Below are positions 12,801-27,800 of a DNA stretch of 64,000 nt, in pieces. Source of the stretch: Antedon mediterranea (Eukaryota; Animalia; Echinodermata); the NCBI RefSeq assembly GCF_964355755.1, contig NC_092679.1, positions 13,685,432 to 13,749,431 on the forward strand, given 5' to 3'. The notes under the pieces were generated by a model. The model was not told the origin of the DNA, ran no database searches, and was given only the letters and a program-made list of their open reading frames with translations. The translations under genes and the position numbers were made by a program. Positions within the stretch are counted from its first letter, which is position 1. Every line of letters starts with the position of its first letter.

Positions 12801-15800
12801 ATTGTGCCAAATTGTAGGCTAAATGACGTTAATACATCCTGGATAAGTTTCAGAGATAAGCTTTTATTATGTATAAATAATTATGTTATAATAAGTATAT
12901 TGGCTTGCTTTTCATGATCTGTCACGACACTAGTCTACCATTATCTTTCAATCTGGAACCAGCAACAGACTTCTCAGACTTTTGATTAGTTTTCATAACT
13001 TCTCGTTGGCCATATTTTTACCATTAGATGATCTTTTCACAGATACCGTCTGTTCTACATAGATCCAATATTAACGGTCATTTGAGCACTCTTCGTCTCG
13101 ACTAATTATCTTTCAATCTGCAACCAGCAACAGACTTCTCAGACTTTTGATTAGTTTTCATAACTTCTCCTTGGCCATATTTTTACCATTAGATGATCTT
13201 TTCACAGAAACCGTCTGTTCTACATAGATCCAATATTAACGCCTGAGTGAGCGTTAAATGCCCCTTTTTAGTTTCTTATACTTAATTACACAGATGAGGT
13301 TAGCAGTTTCCACTTTGTATAGAGTGCATTCTTCCTCTTGATCTTCTAGTTGTGTTTACTTTGATACACATATCGATAGTTGGCTCTTGATAGTTTAATA
13401 ATAATAATAATAATAATAACAGGATTTTTTATAGCACACATACCACTCAAGAGTGCTTAAGGCGCATTCAAAAAAATAGAAACAAATCATACAAATGCCT
13501 GAAAAATAAAATGCAATTTCTTTGGAGGGTCCCCATCCGTTCGCGTTCTGTCGCGGCCCCGGACCCCTACCTAGGTGACCAAACAAAGGAACAGGATACA
13601 CATTTGCCTTGTCACAGACGACCGGGTGCTCAGAGACAACAACCAAGACAGAGGCACCCCAAAGATAATGCTGGTCAGGAAAAAGTATACTATACAATTC
13701 TAGAACTTTAAGAAACCTTGATTTCCATATGCATTAATGAATAAATGTGCTTTTAATAATTTTTTAAAAGTATCAACAGTTTTGCAAAATCTGATAGAGC
13801 TCGGTAGAGCATTCTATAGACGAGGAGCAGTAACGGTGAAAGCCCTGTCTCCCCATGAGTGGTGAGACTTAGGTTGACGTAGAAGCAGCGTATCACTAGA
13901 AAGCAGATTTCGTCTGGGAACATACAGCCTAAGCATGTCAGAAATATATTCAGGAGCCATGCCATTGATAGACTTAAAAACATAGAGTAATATTTTAAAA
14001 ACAATGCGGTACCTAACGGGAAGCCAATGCAAAGTTTCCAAGGTATTTGATATGTGTGCATATCTTGGAAGTTTTTTAACAACTCGTGCCGCTGTATTTT
14101 GAATCAGCTCAAGCCTGTGGAGTTGTTTTTGTGGGAGACCAAATAACAAGGAGTTACACATATCGAGACGCGAACTAACAAATGCATGTACAAGTTGCTC
14201 AGCAGCTGCACGATTTAAGTATTTTCTGAAGTCTCGAATATTTCTTAAATGATATGACGATGCAGACGTAATTTTAGAAATATGAGCCGTCATTGTCATA
14301 TTAGAATCCAGAATTACACCAAGATTTCTAACTTGTGTAGTATTTTTAGTACAAAAGTTACCAATGGAAACCCTCCTAGAGAATTTTCTCTAATTGTTGT
14401 TGCGAACCAACTAGAATGTACTCAGTCTTATCATCATTAAGTTTTAAAAAGTATTTGGCCATCCAGATACGAATTTCAGAGATACATTTTCAAGCAAATC
14501 AATTGATAATTCACTCTGTGTCATGGTAGGTTTAAACGATATATATATATATCTGAGTGTCATCAGCGTAAACATGATAGCTAAGATTATATTTCTTAAT
14601 GATATCACGAATAAGATATACATAAATTGTAAACAATTGTGGACCTAACACAGATCCTTGCGGAACAGAGAAATTAAAAGTGGTAGGTTGAGAGATTACC
14701 TCTCTAATACAAATGTGTTGAGATCTGTCCGCCAAGTATGATTGACACCATCTTCGTGCACATCCCTCAACACCAATAGAAGCATGCAACCTCTCAATCA
14801 GAATACTATGATCTACCGTATCAAAAGCAGCACTCAAATCAAGTAAAATTAAAGCAGTTACTTTTCCAACATCCATCGCACGAAGTATATCATTGCTAAC
14901 GCGCAGCAGTGCAGTTTCAGTACTGTGATGTGCTTTATACGCTGATTGAAACGGATCAAGTAAAGAATTATCCTTTACATGTGATAGTATACGTTTAGAT
15001 TACTTTTCCAAGAAAACACAGATTTGATACTGGTCTGTAATTGGATAGGTTTTCAGGATCAAGACCCGATTTCTTTAATTGAGGACGTATGTGCGAGATT
15101 TTACAAATATCTGGGAAAACCCCAGTTTCCAAAGACAGATTAACGACACGTGTAATTAGTGGAACAAAAACAACAGCATTTCTCTTAATTAACAGAGTAG
15201 GAACTGGATCAAGACTGCAAGATTTAGCAGGCGAGTTTTTGACAATTTCAGAAATTTCCTTTTCACTTGCAGGTTCAAATTTACAGAGGTAGGGACAATT
15301 ATAATTTTCACAGCATACGTCGTTATTAAAGTAATGAGACAAACTTCCAGCACTATCTTTAACAAGAAGTTTACGAATATTAACAATTTTATTTTTAAAA
15401 AATACGGACAATCTTTCTGCAAGCAACTCATCTGAGTGATAAAATGGAAGCACCGACAATTTAGAACAGTGTAAAAGATTCTACAGCTTCTTCTGATCAG
15501 ATCAGAATAATATCGTTTCTTAGCACTTTCAACAAGCATATTAACAATACACCGCTGATGACAATATTTCTGTCTATCCTAAGGTATTTTTTGATTTCAT
15601 CCATTTTCTCTCAAATACGCGACGGAGTTTTTTCGCCGATCTAATTTCATCAGTATACCACGGCTTTGAAGAATTTAGTTTGATACATTTTGTTTTTAAA
15701 GGTGCGTGTTTATCCATAACTTCTCTTAAAGAACAGTATCTTTCAATATTTTCTTGCAAAGTACCATCATGCATATCAGACAACCGTATCTGTGGGATAC

Positions 15801-18800
15801 TACACATAATCACAGAAGAAAACTCGTTAAAGTAAATAGTTTTCTTCACGAAAACTATAATAGCAGATGAGAGATGCGAGATAGACTCTGTCCCATCATG
15901 ATGATTGGGGATAAGTACTACTTTTCCGAGCATTGCACTTTTGTGCTAAAAATCTCATTACTTACTTTAGTGTATATTACCAAATCACTGGCCAATGTAT
16001 AATTTTAACTATTGTATGATAGAAAATGGATTTGAAATACAAAACCATGGTAAGGCTAAAGTGAAATGTGAATGCTGTCTATTTTTGTTTGGTTTGTTTT
16101 GCTTCTGAATATATGAGATGAGATTTCCTCATCTTTATCTTTTCAAATTAATTAATTGAATTTCGGTATATCACCGGGCGGTTTGAAATACATGTTCTGT
16201 GAAGGTTGTGCATAATGGTAAAATGTATTGCTGTAGTTGGCGCATACAGTACATCTGCCAGTCACCACTGCTTCATAGTTATCGTGGTAGAACGAGAATT
16301 ATTTATGTTGACGCGAGAGCACCCGTAGTGGCTTGACCAATACGGTAAGTGGCGGAGTATATCTGAACGTGAAACCCCCAGTTATAGAAAAGTTTATTCA
16401 CGTATTAAGAACTTTGAGATTGTACCTGCACAGGTGTTTGTGTCTTTATTTCACAGGGTTTTTAACAATTGTAAGTAGAAACAATAGTTTGTGCACTCAT
16501 TGTGTAAGTTTAATTAAAAAAGTTGTGTTACAAAATGGCCTTCTCGACATGTAGAATAGGTCTTGTTGGACACTCGTTTGTACGCCGGTTGGAATGCTAT
16601 ACCAGCGAACGCAAATTCTTTGCCTTACGCCTAGATGCAAGTTTGTACGATGTCAAGTATTATTCACGCGGAGGTGCAACGACATACAGATTCCCTGATC
16701 TACTTAAGGGATGGTCTACGCCGAAAGATATCGTTTACGTTCATCTAGGAGAGAATGACATTGTGAAACGATCTAATAATTTTATTGTGAACAAACTCGA
16801 TAATTTATTTGACTTTCTTGATTTTGGACTAGAGTGTAAACATACTGTGGTTAGCCAGCTGTTAAAGCGGCACCCCAGTCGGGTAAGCTCTAACTTCAAC
16901 GACTCCGCTGTGGACATTAACCGTCGACTTCAGGCGAATTATGCCGATGGTGCATGTGTAACATATTGGCGTCACAGAGGCCTGTGGAACGACTGGTCCT
17001 ATATTCACTCCGATCCGATGGCGTACATCTTAACAGAAGTTCTTCAAATGGCCGATCGTCATGTATCGGTACGAACGTCGCGTCCGACAAGCTATTCAAC
17101 AAGAAGAAAAAATTATAAGGCCAGTGGTTTTAATTTAAATTTATATACAAATGTTCAGAACCTCCACATGTTTTGCCTTCGGGCAAAAATTTGGCCTTTG
17201 GGACTAATGTTAGCCTTATGTTTGCCTACGGGCCTTATGTTTGCCTTCGGGACTTATGTTTGCCTTCGGGCCTTATGTTTGCCTTCGGGCTTTATGCTTG
17301 CCTTCGGGCTTTATGCTTGCCTTCGGGCTTTATATTTGCCTTCGGGCCTAATTTTTGCCTTCGGGCTAATGCGTGCCTTGTGGCATTCGGGCTTTGGACA
17401 CATCCTCTTGTTCTCAGTCCGGTGAATTTCAGGCGGACCATGGATATAGCACATACTATGGAAACCTGACGATTGTTACAAATGCAACTCCGCTTTTCAG
17501 TAGTCAATGTGTCTCCCATGTTTTTCATTTCTAACCATCAGAGGTGTTTCTTTGATTTCTATACAGGTATAATGCCGAAAGCTCCAAGCAGCGTCGGCTG
17601 CGGTCCCAAAAACCACTAGGAAGAAGGCAACGCAACGGCGAACAAAGAGACCCCACCACTAGACTACGCCAGACTGGCGGCTGAAGTCGCGAAGGTATTG
17701 AAGGCGGGCGAGGCAACTGGCCCCATGACACCAGGCGGCAGTCCTCTAACAACTCAAGCCGCTACCACATACTTGACTGTGGATAATGCCACACAGGCTC
17801 AGCCATTGGACGCGTCTATAAAAGATACATTGACCTCAGGACTCTGATCAATAACGACAATGATACTCATGGGGTCTCGTTATCAATTATTGATAAACAA
17901 CTCCGTGTAGAGAAAGACAACTGTAAGAAAAAGCTAATCACAATTACTGAATGGATGCGGGCAATTAAAATATACATGTCCATATTTGTCGGAAAAATCA
18001 CCTGCCCAATGTTTGCCTATGCTTAAATATGTCAGCAACATACTAGAATTACATGCTTTGGGGAACCTGAACTGGCGGACCTATGACGAAAGCTTTCGCA
18101 AAGCACCACAGGGCAGGCCTTTAAATTCCGATGTGCTTCACCCAGAGCTTATGTTAAAACTGGCTTCGTTAGGGAATGCATCTTCTTTCAGACCTAACCC
18201 TCGTCTACATGGGCAGCATAATTTTCGTGGCCAACAGATATGTTTAAAATTTAATGCCGGGAAGCAATGCCACGCTCCCACACGCTGCTTCTGACATCTG
18301 TGTACCGACTGCCGTCAACCACACCCCAGAATTCAATGCAATAAACCACGAACGACAAGTCGTCAAACCGGCACTCGAGCAAACCCATCTACCCACGCCA
18401 GTGGTAATAAATTAGCATTCATGGTATTTAGCAGGGTATACACAAGAATTGTTTAACGAATTGTTAGTCGGGTTCTCGTTTGGATTCCGTCTCCTCTGTT
18501 TAAAGCCCCCGGTTCCGGGCATCGCCCGCAACCATCCAAGTGCCCTCGATCACCCGATACAGATAGAAGAATTTATTTCTAATGGTTTACGACTCGGTAG
18601 ATTGGCTGGCCCTTTCGAGTCCCCTCCGTTTGATAAATTGATCTCCTCGCCATTGGGTGTTGTTCCCAAAGCTGAATTAGGCAAATATCGCATTATTCAG
18701 GACCTGTCGTACCCCGGGGGGCTTCTGTCAACTCAGGGATTCCACAGGATGTTTCACGGGTCTCATACGACACAATCAACGATGTAGTTAGATTAGTATT

Positions 18801-21800
18801 AAAAAATGGACCTAGGCCATTAATGTCTAAGACTGATATAGAAGACGCCTTCAGGGTTATCCCTATTCATCCGGATGATTACCATTTGCTGGGGTTTTCT
18901 TGGGACGGCAGGTTCTTTTATGACCGGTGTTTGCCTATGGGCGCCAGTCGCTCATGCAACATTTTCGAATCATTTAGTAAAGCGTTAGTACAATATGGAT
19001 ACTGCGTAACAAATTTAATGTAAGGGATGTATCCCATATTCTGGATGATTTTTTCTTCGTCGGCCCTAAAGATTCCAATGACTGCCACAACTCACTGTCT
19101 CAATTTTGATATCTTTGCTACAAGATCGGGGTTCTTATAAGGCGTCTAAGACTGTAACTCCGACTAATTTCATTACAATATACGGGATTGGGGTGGACAC
19201 AGTCTTGATGGAATGTGGCCTCCCGTTACCTAAGATTACAAAAACTGTAACAAAAATAAATGAATTTTTAAATAGAAAAAAAGTCACACACACAATGGTT
19301 GGCCTGCTTAATTACGCTTGTAGTGTGGTGGTGCCGGGTAGAGCGTTTTACGCCGTATATGATAAACCTCCTGTCATTAGCTAAACATCCATCTCATTTC
19401 ATTTGCTTAACTTAACTCATGGAGTTAATGACGATTTGTGGATATGGCTAACATTCCTTGAATCTTTTAATGGGAAAGCCCTTATCCTTCCAGAAAAATG
19501 GCTAAATTCTTCGACACTGCGCTTATTGGTTGCGCCGCAGTATTTTGCGACAGATGGTTATACATCGACTGGGGGTCTGACTTTGTAGGTTTTTCGATCG
19601 CTGTTTTGGAGTTATTTCCAATTGTTAATGCCTTAGAAATATTGAGGCATGAGCTCGCTAATCGCCGGATTTTGTTTCGTTGTGATAATTCAGCTGTTGT
19701 GGCTGTTATCAATGAGAAATCTGCTAAAGACAAAACGCTTTAATGCGTATTATTCGGCGGTTAGTACTAATATGCCTCCAGTATAACATACAATTCCGTA
19801 CAATGCATATTCCTGGAGTAGATAACGTGTTGGCGGATCTTTTATCAAGGAGAAAATTTACAGAGGCTCTGGAATCCATTAATTCTATTAGTCCAAATCT
19901 AATTCATGTTCCGTCCTACCACATTTATATTTAATTTATTCCTATTTACAGGTGTTGTGTGTTCCTGCAAACAACATGGTACCCCTTAGCTGTGAAGCTA
20001 CAACACTCATTCACTCGTCATTGGCGCCAGCCACTATTAAGGCGTATCAACGCAATATTCAAAAGTTGGCTTCATGGTTGGGAAAACTCGTTCAGCTCCC
20101 TATAAACCCGGCTACGGTATGCAACTTTTTGGCACATTAACATGGTCTACAATATGCACCTAGAACAATTTCATTTCTTCTGTCTCTTTTATCCACAAAC
20201 TAGCAGACTTACCCGATCCTTGTAATTCGTTTTTGGTTGTAAAAATTTGACGTGGCGTGCATTATGCTTCGGATCGTCCGGATGTACGCTTGCCTATCAC
20301 TGCAGAAATTTTGACTAAATTGTTAGCGAGTCTAGAGTCGATCGAACCTAGTTTTTCTTATCAGGGGCGCAGCCAGACGGGTCACGAGGGTCCTGACCCC
20401 CTCCCCCGTTTTTTTTTTAGAAAAAAATAAATAAAAACATGAGACAACAATACAGATCAAATCATCTTGGAGATACTGTGGAAGATTATTACCAAATCAA
20501 CTTCTTGATCATTTACAAACCGAGTTAAAAACCCGTTTTTCTGCCGATAACAGGCCATGCTTTAAAATATTTGGCGTAGTACCCGAGTCTATCGTGAAGT
20601 GTAATGTTGAAGAAGTCTTCAAGGAACTTGAATTTGGTACGATGATCTGCCAAGACACAAACATCTTCATTCCGAGCTTCAGTGATGGAAGCGACTGTGT
20701 AAAATTAGTGGATCCAGATTGTTCCCGAATCGAATGTGCGTGCACTTCTTCTAATCGCGTAGGCCTATGCCCGTAACGTCTACTGAAGCTGAACGGAGTT
20801 TTTCGACTTTGTGGAGAACGAAAACCTTTTTGCGAAATCACATGTCTTATGAGCAGCTTTCGGGATTGTGCCTCATGAACATACACTTTAACATGAACAT
20901 TAATACAGAGAATGTCATTCGCGAATTCTGTCTCCAAGCCAAGAAGAATGTTCCAAACTTATGTTTAAAGATGCATCACGCGATGTCTAGCGCGCCGTTA
21001 TAGTAACTAACGTAAAATGTATGATAATAATTTAGAAGTTAGTTATTACAATTATGTATAGCTATCACCTATACTATACATTCGAACAAAATAGGTATAT
21101 TTTTAAACAAAATATTGTATGTACTGGGTATGATAAGCGTCTCACATACACACGGAGCCAAGATAGCTTCTTGGACTTGCACAGTGTATGAACTCTAACT
21201 TTACGGTTCTCATTTAATAATATCACTCCATGCTATCAATATCATTCTAATTTCTTTTTTCAAACTTTTGCAACTCTACGTTCATTTCATGCAACTTTTG
21301 TATTGGTGAAAAGGGAGGAATTCAAATAATTACTCCTCTTGAGTTTACAACCTCTCTACACAAATCAACAAACAAGCAAGAAAAAAAGTGTTTGTCTGTG
21401 GCAGCCTGGAATATAAAAATGTTCTGTAATGAAAATGAGAGTTGTTTTTTGTTTTCTTTGTTTCAGTTTATTAGTGTTAACATTGTCATATTTGTGTGTG
21501 CGTAAACCGATTCAAATGATCTAGATTGCGCTAGACCGCCAAAGCTTCCAGGGGGCTTCACCCCCTGGACCCCAACCGGGGCCCCTTGGCGGCCCCCTGG
21601 CCCCCAGCCCATGGTTGCTCGCTTCGCTCGCAAAATACTCACATATTGGTTGACCCCCCCTTTAATTTTTTGCTGGCTGCGCCCCTTATAGATTACTTTT
21701 CAGGGCCTTTTCCCTTACCGCGTTCCAAGGGTTCTTCCGGATTGGTGAATTGGCCGTAGGTAAAGGGGACGCGGATAAGAAGGTCGGGCAATGCAGTGAT

Positions 21801-24800
21801 CTATGTCTTTCTGGTAATTCAGCTTCCTTAACTATATACCATCACAAAACCGGCGTAGGTAAGCCCCCTATCCATATTTCATTCAATAGTGCCACGGGCG
21901 CTCGGTTCTCAGTCCAGTAAAATGTTTACATGATTACACCAAACATTTTCGGCATACCTCTGGTCCTTTGTTCCAACATATCTATGGACGGTCGGCCGAT
22001 TGCGGCTCGTTTCATATACGCAAAACTAAAAGAGGCGATTTCTTTCAATGGTCTTGACCCTACATTATAAAGGTCATAGTTTGTCGGGTTTGTGGCATGT
22101 TCACCCAGCAAACTTGTATTTTAATTAGTTTTAGTTTAGTAAGTCAAGTTAATCTTTGGATTCTTGATAACCAGGCATATTATATTTAACATTCAATATA
22201 TATTTATGTGATTTTATGTAATAACCAAGGTGTTTAGTTAGTAGTAGTTGTTGTCCGTACATATACGGTAGGCCTACACTCGATAGGGGCAGCCCATACA
22301 TTATGTAGGCCTATACGTCTTAGATGGAACTAAATTAGTTATAGGCTGCCCTATTATTATTACAACTCTAGTATTATATATGATATTATGTGTTTCCTCA
22401 TTTAAATAAATATATGACAATTTCCATCCAACTTGGTGTTATTGTATTTTTCCGTCTGGCCTCTTGCGGCATAAAGGTATATTTTCGTAGTTACTTTTAA
22501 TATATACTCACAGCGTTTGAAGAGATGACATATTTGCAAAGATTTTTGTTGAGATACTTTGAATATTATTTTTGCCGAGAAGCAAATTTTTAACTGCAGG
22601 TATTTTACGGTCTTCTAATGAGGTTAGACTGTTCCAACTTACATCCCTGAAATACAATATAGTTATATTATAATTATATTATATTTCAGTGAGCAATACT
22701 TAGATAATAACATTAGGCCTACAATTACGCCTTGGTTAGACATTGATTTGTCATGTATACAATTACTTTTCAATAACATATAAATACATACTACACTTCA
22801 AGAAAGATATAACATTACTTGTTATTACATTGTTTTTCTATATGGCTTAAAGGCCGGTGCACACTAAATAATTACACGCAAAGTCACAAGCGTCAAATCG
22901 AAGCGAGTCGCGTGAAGCTTGAACAAGTTAGACCATCGCGAACAAAGTGTCTCGATCCGAGTATATTTCCCATGATTGGAAGCGAAGCGTCACGCGTCAT
23001 TTTCGACAATTCCGGTTTGATCTGGGCGTAGAGAGAGGCCTAGGCTGGTAGGCCTAGGTCTAGAGGCATAATAAGCTAGGTAGGCCTAGCTTTTGTATTT
23101 GCAAATCTATCTCCAATATACTTGTATTTTTTAATACACACATCCACTGAAAATGCATTTTCTTTGATTTGGGGATTTTTATATTCATGTGCACCTTTTG
23201 TCATAAAAAGACGAGAATAGGCCTACTCGTGAATTATGGCCACAAAATTGACGTCGCTGACACTACATCCATGTTGAACAAATTATTTTCATCTTCATCT
23301 GACAGATGACATCACACATAGCCCTACGATCCTTGTGATTTGATTGATCAAATTGAAGCGAACAGTGAAAGCGAAAACGAAAAAGTTCCCATGGAGAAAC
23401 TCTAGCGAATTCACGGGAGGAGCCTTATATTACTAGTTCCGAATTCAACGCGTTGAAGTTTGATTTGATGTTCACACTGAAATCGTCTGTCGCGGCAAAA
23501 GTACGGTTCGATTTGACGCTTGACGCGTGTCGCTTCGCATATAATTTGTTTAGTGTGTAGGCCTATCGGCCTTTAATATTTATAGTTTGAGGATAATTAA
23601 ACGAAGGCTTCTAATCAATGTTTTTAAACAATTAAAATTTACTAATAAGTTAAATAATGTTTCTCGGTAATATTATTTTAGCATAAAAGACAACTATTTA
23701 GTTATTATATAGGCTTGTATATCACTAATTGTCTATTTGATACTATTTCCATTGGGCTAGCATGTAGTAGTCAATACAAATACCCTTTAACAAACTCTCA
23801 TTCCATTCATGGATTCATAACAAAGTAGACTAACATGATTGATATTATCAATAATAAAGAATATAATTCTTTTAATTTATCAATATCATTTCGATAATGT
23901 TTATTAGTGAATGATGTAGGCCTAGATACAAAACAAAAAATAAAACACTCACAGAGTACCATATATGTTTCCACGAAATATTGGAATTTCCGTAAGTCTA
24001 TTATAAGCAAGATGTCTAAATAAGAATAAATAAAACATGCCATAACTATAATCATCTACGATTAAAGCAATTGCAAATTAAAGATATTATGTTATAGTGA
24101 GCATGTTAATTGTAGGCCTAATTAGCAAACAAACTGTTCTTCTTGTAAAATAACATATTATTTAAGGTGAAGAAGACCCGTGTTACACAATAATGTTTAA
24201 AATCGAAAGTTCGAAATCTGAAAATAACAATAGTGTAAGGTATAAATACTGATGTCTAGGCTGACTAGGCAAAGCTGCAGTTCATGTCACATGATTTATA
24301 AATAAAACCTAGTTAGGCCCATGACAAACTGCCGTACATGGTAAGTTATTTAAGCTATATTCACTATCATTTATTTACAAAACAACGAAGTGGCATTGAT
24401 TAATATGTAGAAGGATGCTCTTTTTTTTTTTAACTGAAAATTACTTACAGAATATAAATACTATCCAATGCGACGAAGGCGTCTTTGTGTATAAAGCTAA
24501 TATTGTTGTCTGCAAGTTTGCTGAAAACAACAAAACAGACGTACAATATTCTATATATATGTAACTACTTTTACGCTTAAAAGCATTGCTTTATGCAAAC
24601 GCGACTCTATAGTTCACTATGTCGGTCGGTCGGTAGGTCCGTCGGTTGGTCTGTCGGCAGGTCGGTCGGTCGGTAAACACTAACTCAAATTTGCGCACGT
24701 GACTGGGCCAGCCATATATATGACCTTATTTCTCATAGCGTCTGATCATCACGGTTGTGTTTTATTGAGGTTCAGTAATATCTTGTGGTTAGAGATCAGA

Positions 24801-27800
24801 TAACAATTATGACGTAGAGGCTGTCTTTCGCTTAAAATATGTAATAATAATTATAATATTAATCTAGTTTAATCATTCAATTACGTAGTAGTTTTGCACA
24901 TAAATGTCATAAACAGGGAAGTATTTAAATAACCCAAAATATAAAATAAAATGTTGACAAAAATCAAATATTCATTCTTCATACATTACTGAAAAAAAAC
25001 ATGGTTCTTTTTTACAGAGGAACGTAACCAAATTGTGCATTTTGCCATTTCAAGAACCATTAAATTTTCCACAATTTATTTTTCTATAAGCCAGCACCAG
25101 ATGCCCACCTGATAGACATATGCAAGGTAATGAAATACTGACAATAATATAATTGAATGCCATAAAGAAATAACATTTATGCAATTGTAATCCAGCAACA
25201 TGGCCATTCTCCATAATCTTAATAGCATGGTAACTTAGCACTTTTTTTGTGCACTTTGTGACAAAAGCACCACATTTGGCACAAACCTTCTTTAGGGTAT
25301 ATCTAACAATCCTAGAAGGGGTGCCCAAAAATCGGAACAATTGAACGGTGTCATTTGGACCACGCCCTCTTTTAGTATCTATATATAAATTTACGTAAGG
25401 GCAAAAATCGGTAAATCGAGCGTTATTTCTAGAATGTTTACTCGATGGTATGTAAAGTTGGTTCGTACTTTCGGTACTGATTTTAACCGCCTGATGTAAC
25501 CCTGTTTACTAATTAAATTGAGTTCGATAATTAGTTATTGACGATTAAAACGAATTTAGGTTCAACGATTTGCCCCAAATAGGGGTGTTTTCTGATCGTG
25601 GTATACACTGTCTAATGATGATGTCAAATTGAAAAATACCCGCATACAATAATACGAGGACACTTCGCATTTTCCTATCTCCTCCTACGATCATTGTTTT
25701 TAATAGCTGAAAACCGATTGAACAGTTCGAGTACAGCATCATAATGTTGAAGACAGGCCGATTTTCCTTAAAAAATGCTATTTTGATACATTTAATATAC
25801 GTTTATACAAATGTATTGATTTGCGATGAATGGAACATTCCAATCTCTGTTCCACAAGTGTCTATTCCCTCAGGCGTCGTAAAGGCAAGTACTGTATACT
25901 CATAACAGAAATTCGATCATTTTGTTTTCAATCTGTGCTGCAGAGATTGGATATAGATTTTTTTTAACGGGAGCTAGCGTTTTCAGTCGCCGTATATTAT
26001 GTACACATCTTTATTATTGCAGTTAAACCACCCCGGGAACCACCCTCCACATCATCACCCTTCCCTCACTGGCATGAGTAGCGTTGTAAAGCCAGTAGAG
26101 GATAGGCCTACGGTGGTACCGTCGAAGGATCAACAACAACTTTGGTGGGTAGGGTATAGGAACCAACTTAAGTATGAATTGGCTCTAGAAACAATTGAAA
26201 ACCATTAGGCCTACTTATGATTTTCCCCGAATAGAGGTGGTTTTCACAAATTGTTTAACATTATATAAACATATATACGTCGTAGTGTATCGTTACATGT
26301 ACTGTACTATTTCAATCGACTAGGACGGTGATAGCCGGGGCTGATAGTTTCAACAAAGTATTACATCGCAATGTTTTACCGTGTTTAGTGGTATATTATT
26401 TGTAAAACATGAAAACAATAATATTTCGTTACTAAATGGATAAAGAATATATTTAAAAATTGTTCCTCTTTGCACCCATCCTCTTCCCCATCCCTCAACC
26501 ATAATGTTACATACAAAACACAAATTAAGTTTGTTTAAATTTGACTTAAACAATTGGTCTCATTTTGTGACAAGTTTCTTTTTCGGAAGTAATTCCCAGG
26601 GTGCTAATTTTAGTTGAGTACATAAATCACAGTGTCTATTTATTCGTTCCTGTAAACGACATGTATTGTTGTCCTGCATTATTGTACATTTGAAATCGCC
26701 AGTTTTTTTTAACGCTGAAATTATTATGTATTCGAGAACCATCTGTGGGCACGACCTAGATGGTACGCGAGCGAAGCGAGCGTACCATCTAGTTATACGT
26801 AATTAGGTGAAAACTTAAATCTTCGTATATACATACCAAGTTTGGTATCAAATTAAAACTCATGACATGTACATTGCAATACACACATAACAAATATATG
26901 ATTTCTCTTCAGACGGAATATATAGGTCAAATAATGTAATTTTCTGTCATATTGAATGGTATTTCAATTAAAACGTGCTAATATTGTGCTATGTTATGAA
27001 CATTGTAGTTATAAGAACAACAACATTCATTTTAGTAATAGTACTAATATATATTTATCCTGTACCAGTTACTTTCCTTTAACATAATATTAGGAACCAC
27101 TGAAAAAAAGTATATAAAACATATACTGTATCAAACTTGGCTCAATAACCACTGGACTATTAGTAAACCGACAAAAGACCATTTGACTGACAATTATAGC
27201 GTTAGCATCCATAACAATACATGGAGGTGATTATCAACTTTACTTTTATGAAATAAGTTCCATGGCATGGGTAACAAGACCAGTGCACTGTTGAACGGCA
27301 CTTGCAGTTCCCTGAGCAAAAAGGCAAATTTTTGCAGTCACACTTTAGCAATTCCCTACATGCCTGCTTCAGGTAGTATTGTCCAGACTGGTGTCCATGT
27401 ACTGCCGGTTTTAGTCCAACCAAAGTCTTCTGGTGATGGAGCATTCTGCTGTGGCTCTGGACTGGTGGTCCAAATGCTTGCTTGGTATATGGATCGGTTG
27501 GAATGCTGTAAAAGTGCATCCTACAATAAACAATTTAAAGATTGGTGTTACCTTTTAATGAAAGAAAAACATGAACCTGATAATAAATTATTAAACGACA
27601 ATTAACAATTATATGGAAGCTCCCGTTACCTGTGTAGGAGGAATGTTGTCCATTGTCCTTTCTTGAAAAAAGATCTTGTCTTAGCTTAGTAACACTTCTT
27701 AAAGTACTTGTCTTGTCGTATAGATGACATGTAAACTCTTCTAGCAACTGGAATTGAGATGAGTTGACTCCTAGAAAGGGTGATGTGCCATGAAAAGAAA

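Noticed and set aside
17170-17395. CRISPR-like appearance of the 19-bp array
   Set aside because: No unique spacers, no cas genes, eukaryotic context
17010-17425. C-terminal half of the 300-aa ORF and overlapping ORFs 17173..17469 and 17292..17528
   Set aside because: Produced by a frameshift and read-through into the minisatellite
23807-24055. 82-aa ORF overlapping LRR exon 11 and a possible extra exon at 23835-23921
   Set aside because: The extra exon would need an intron of about 31 nt and is not LRR-like; the real exon is in another frame
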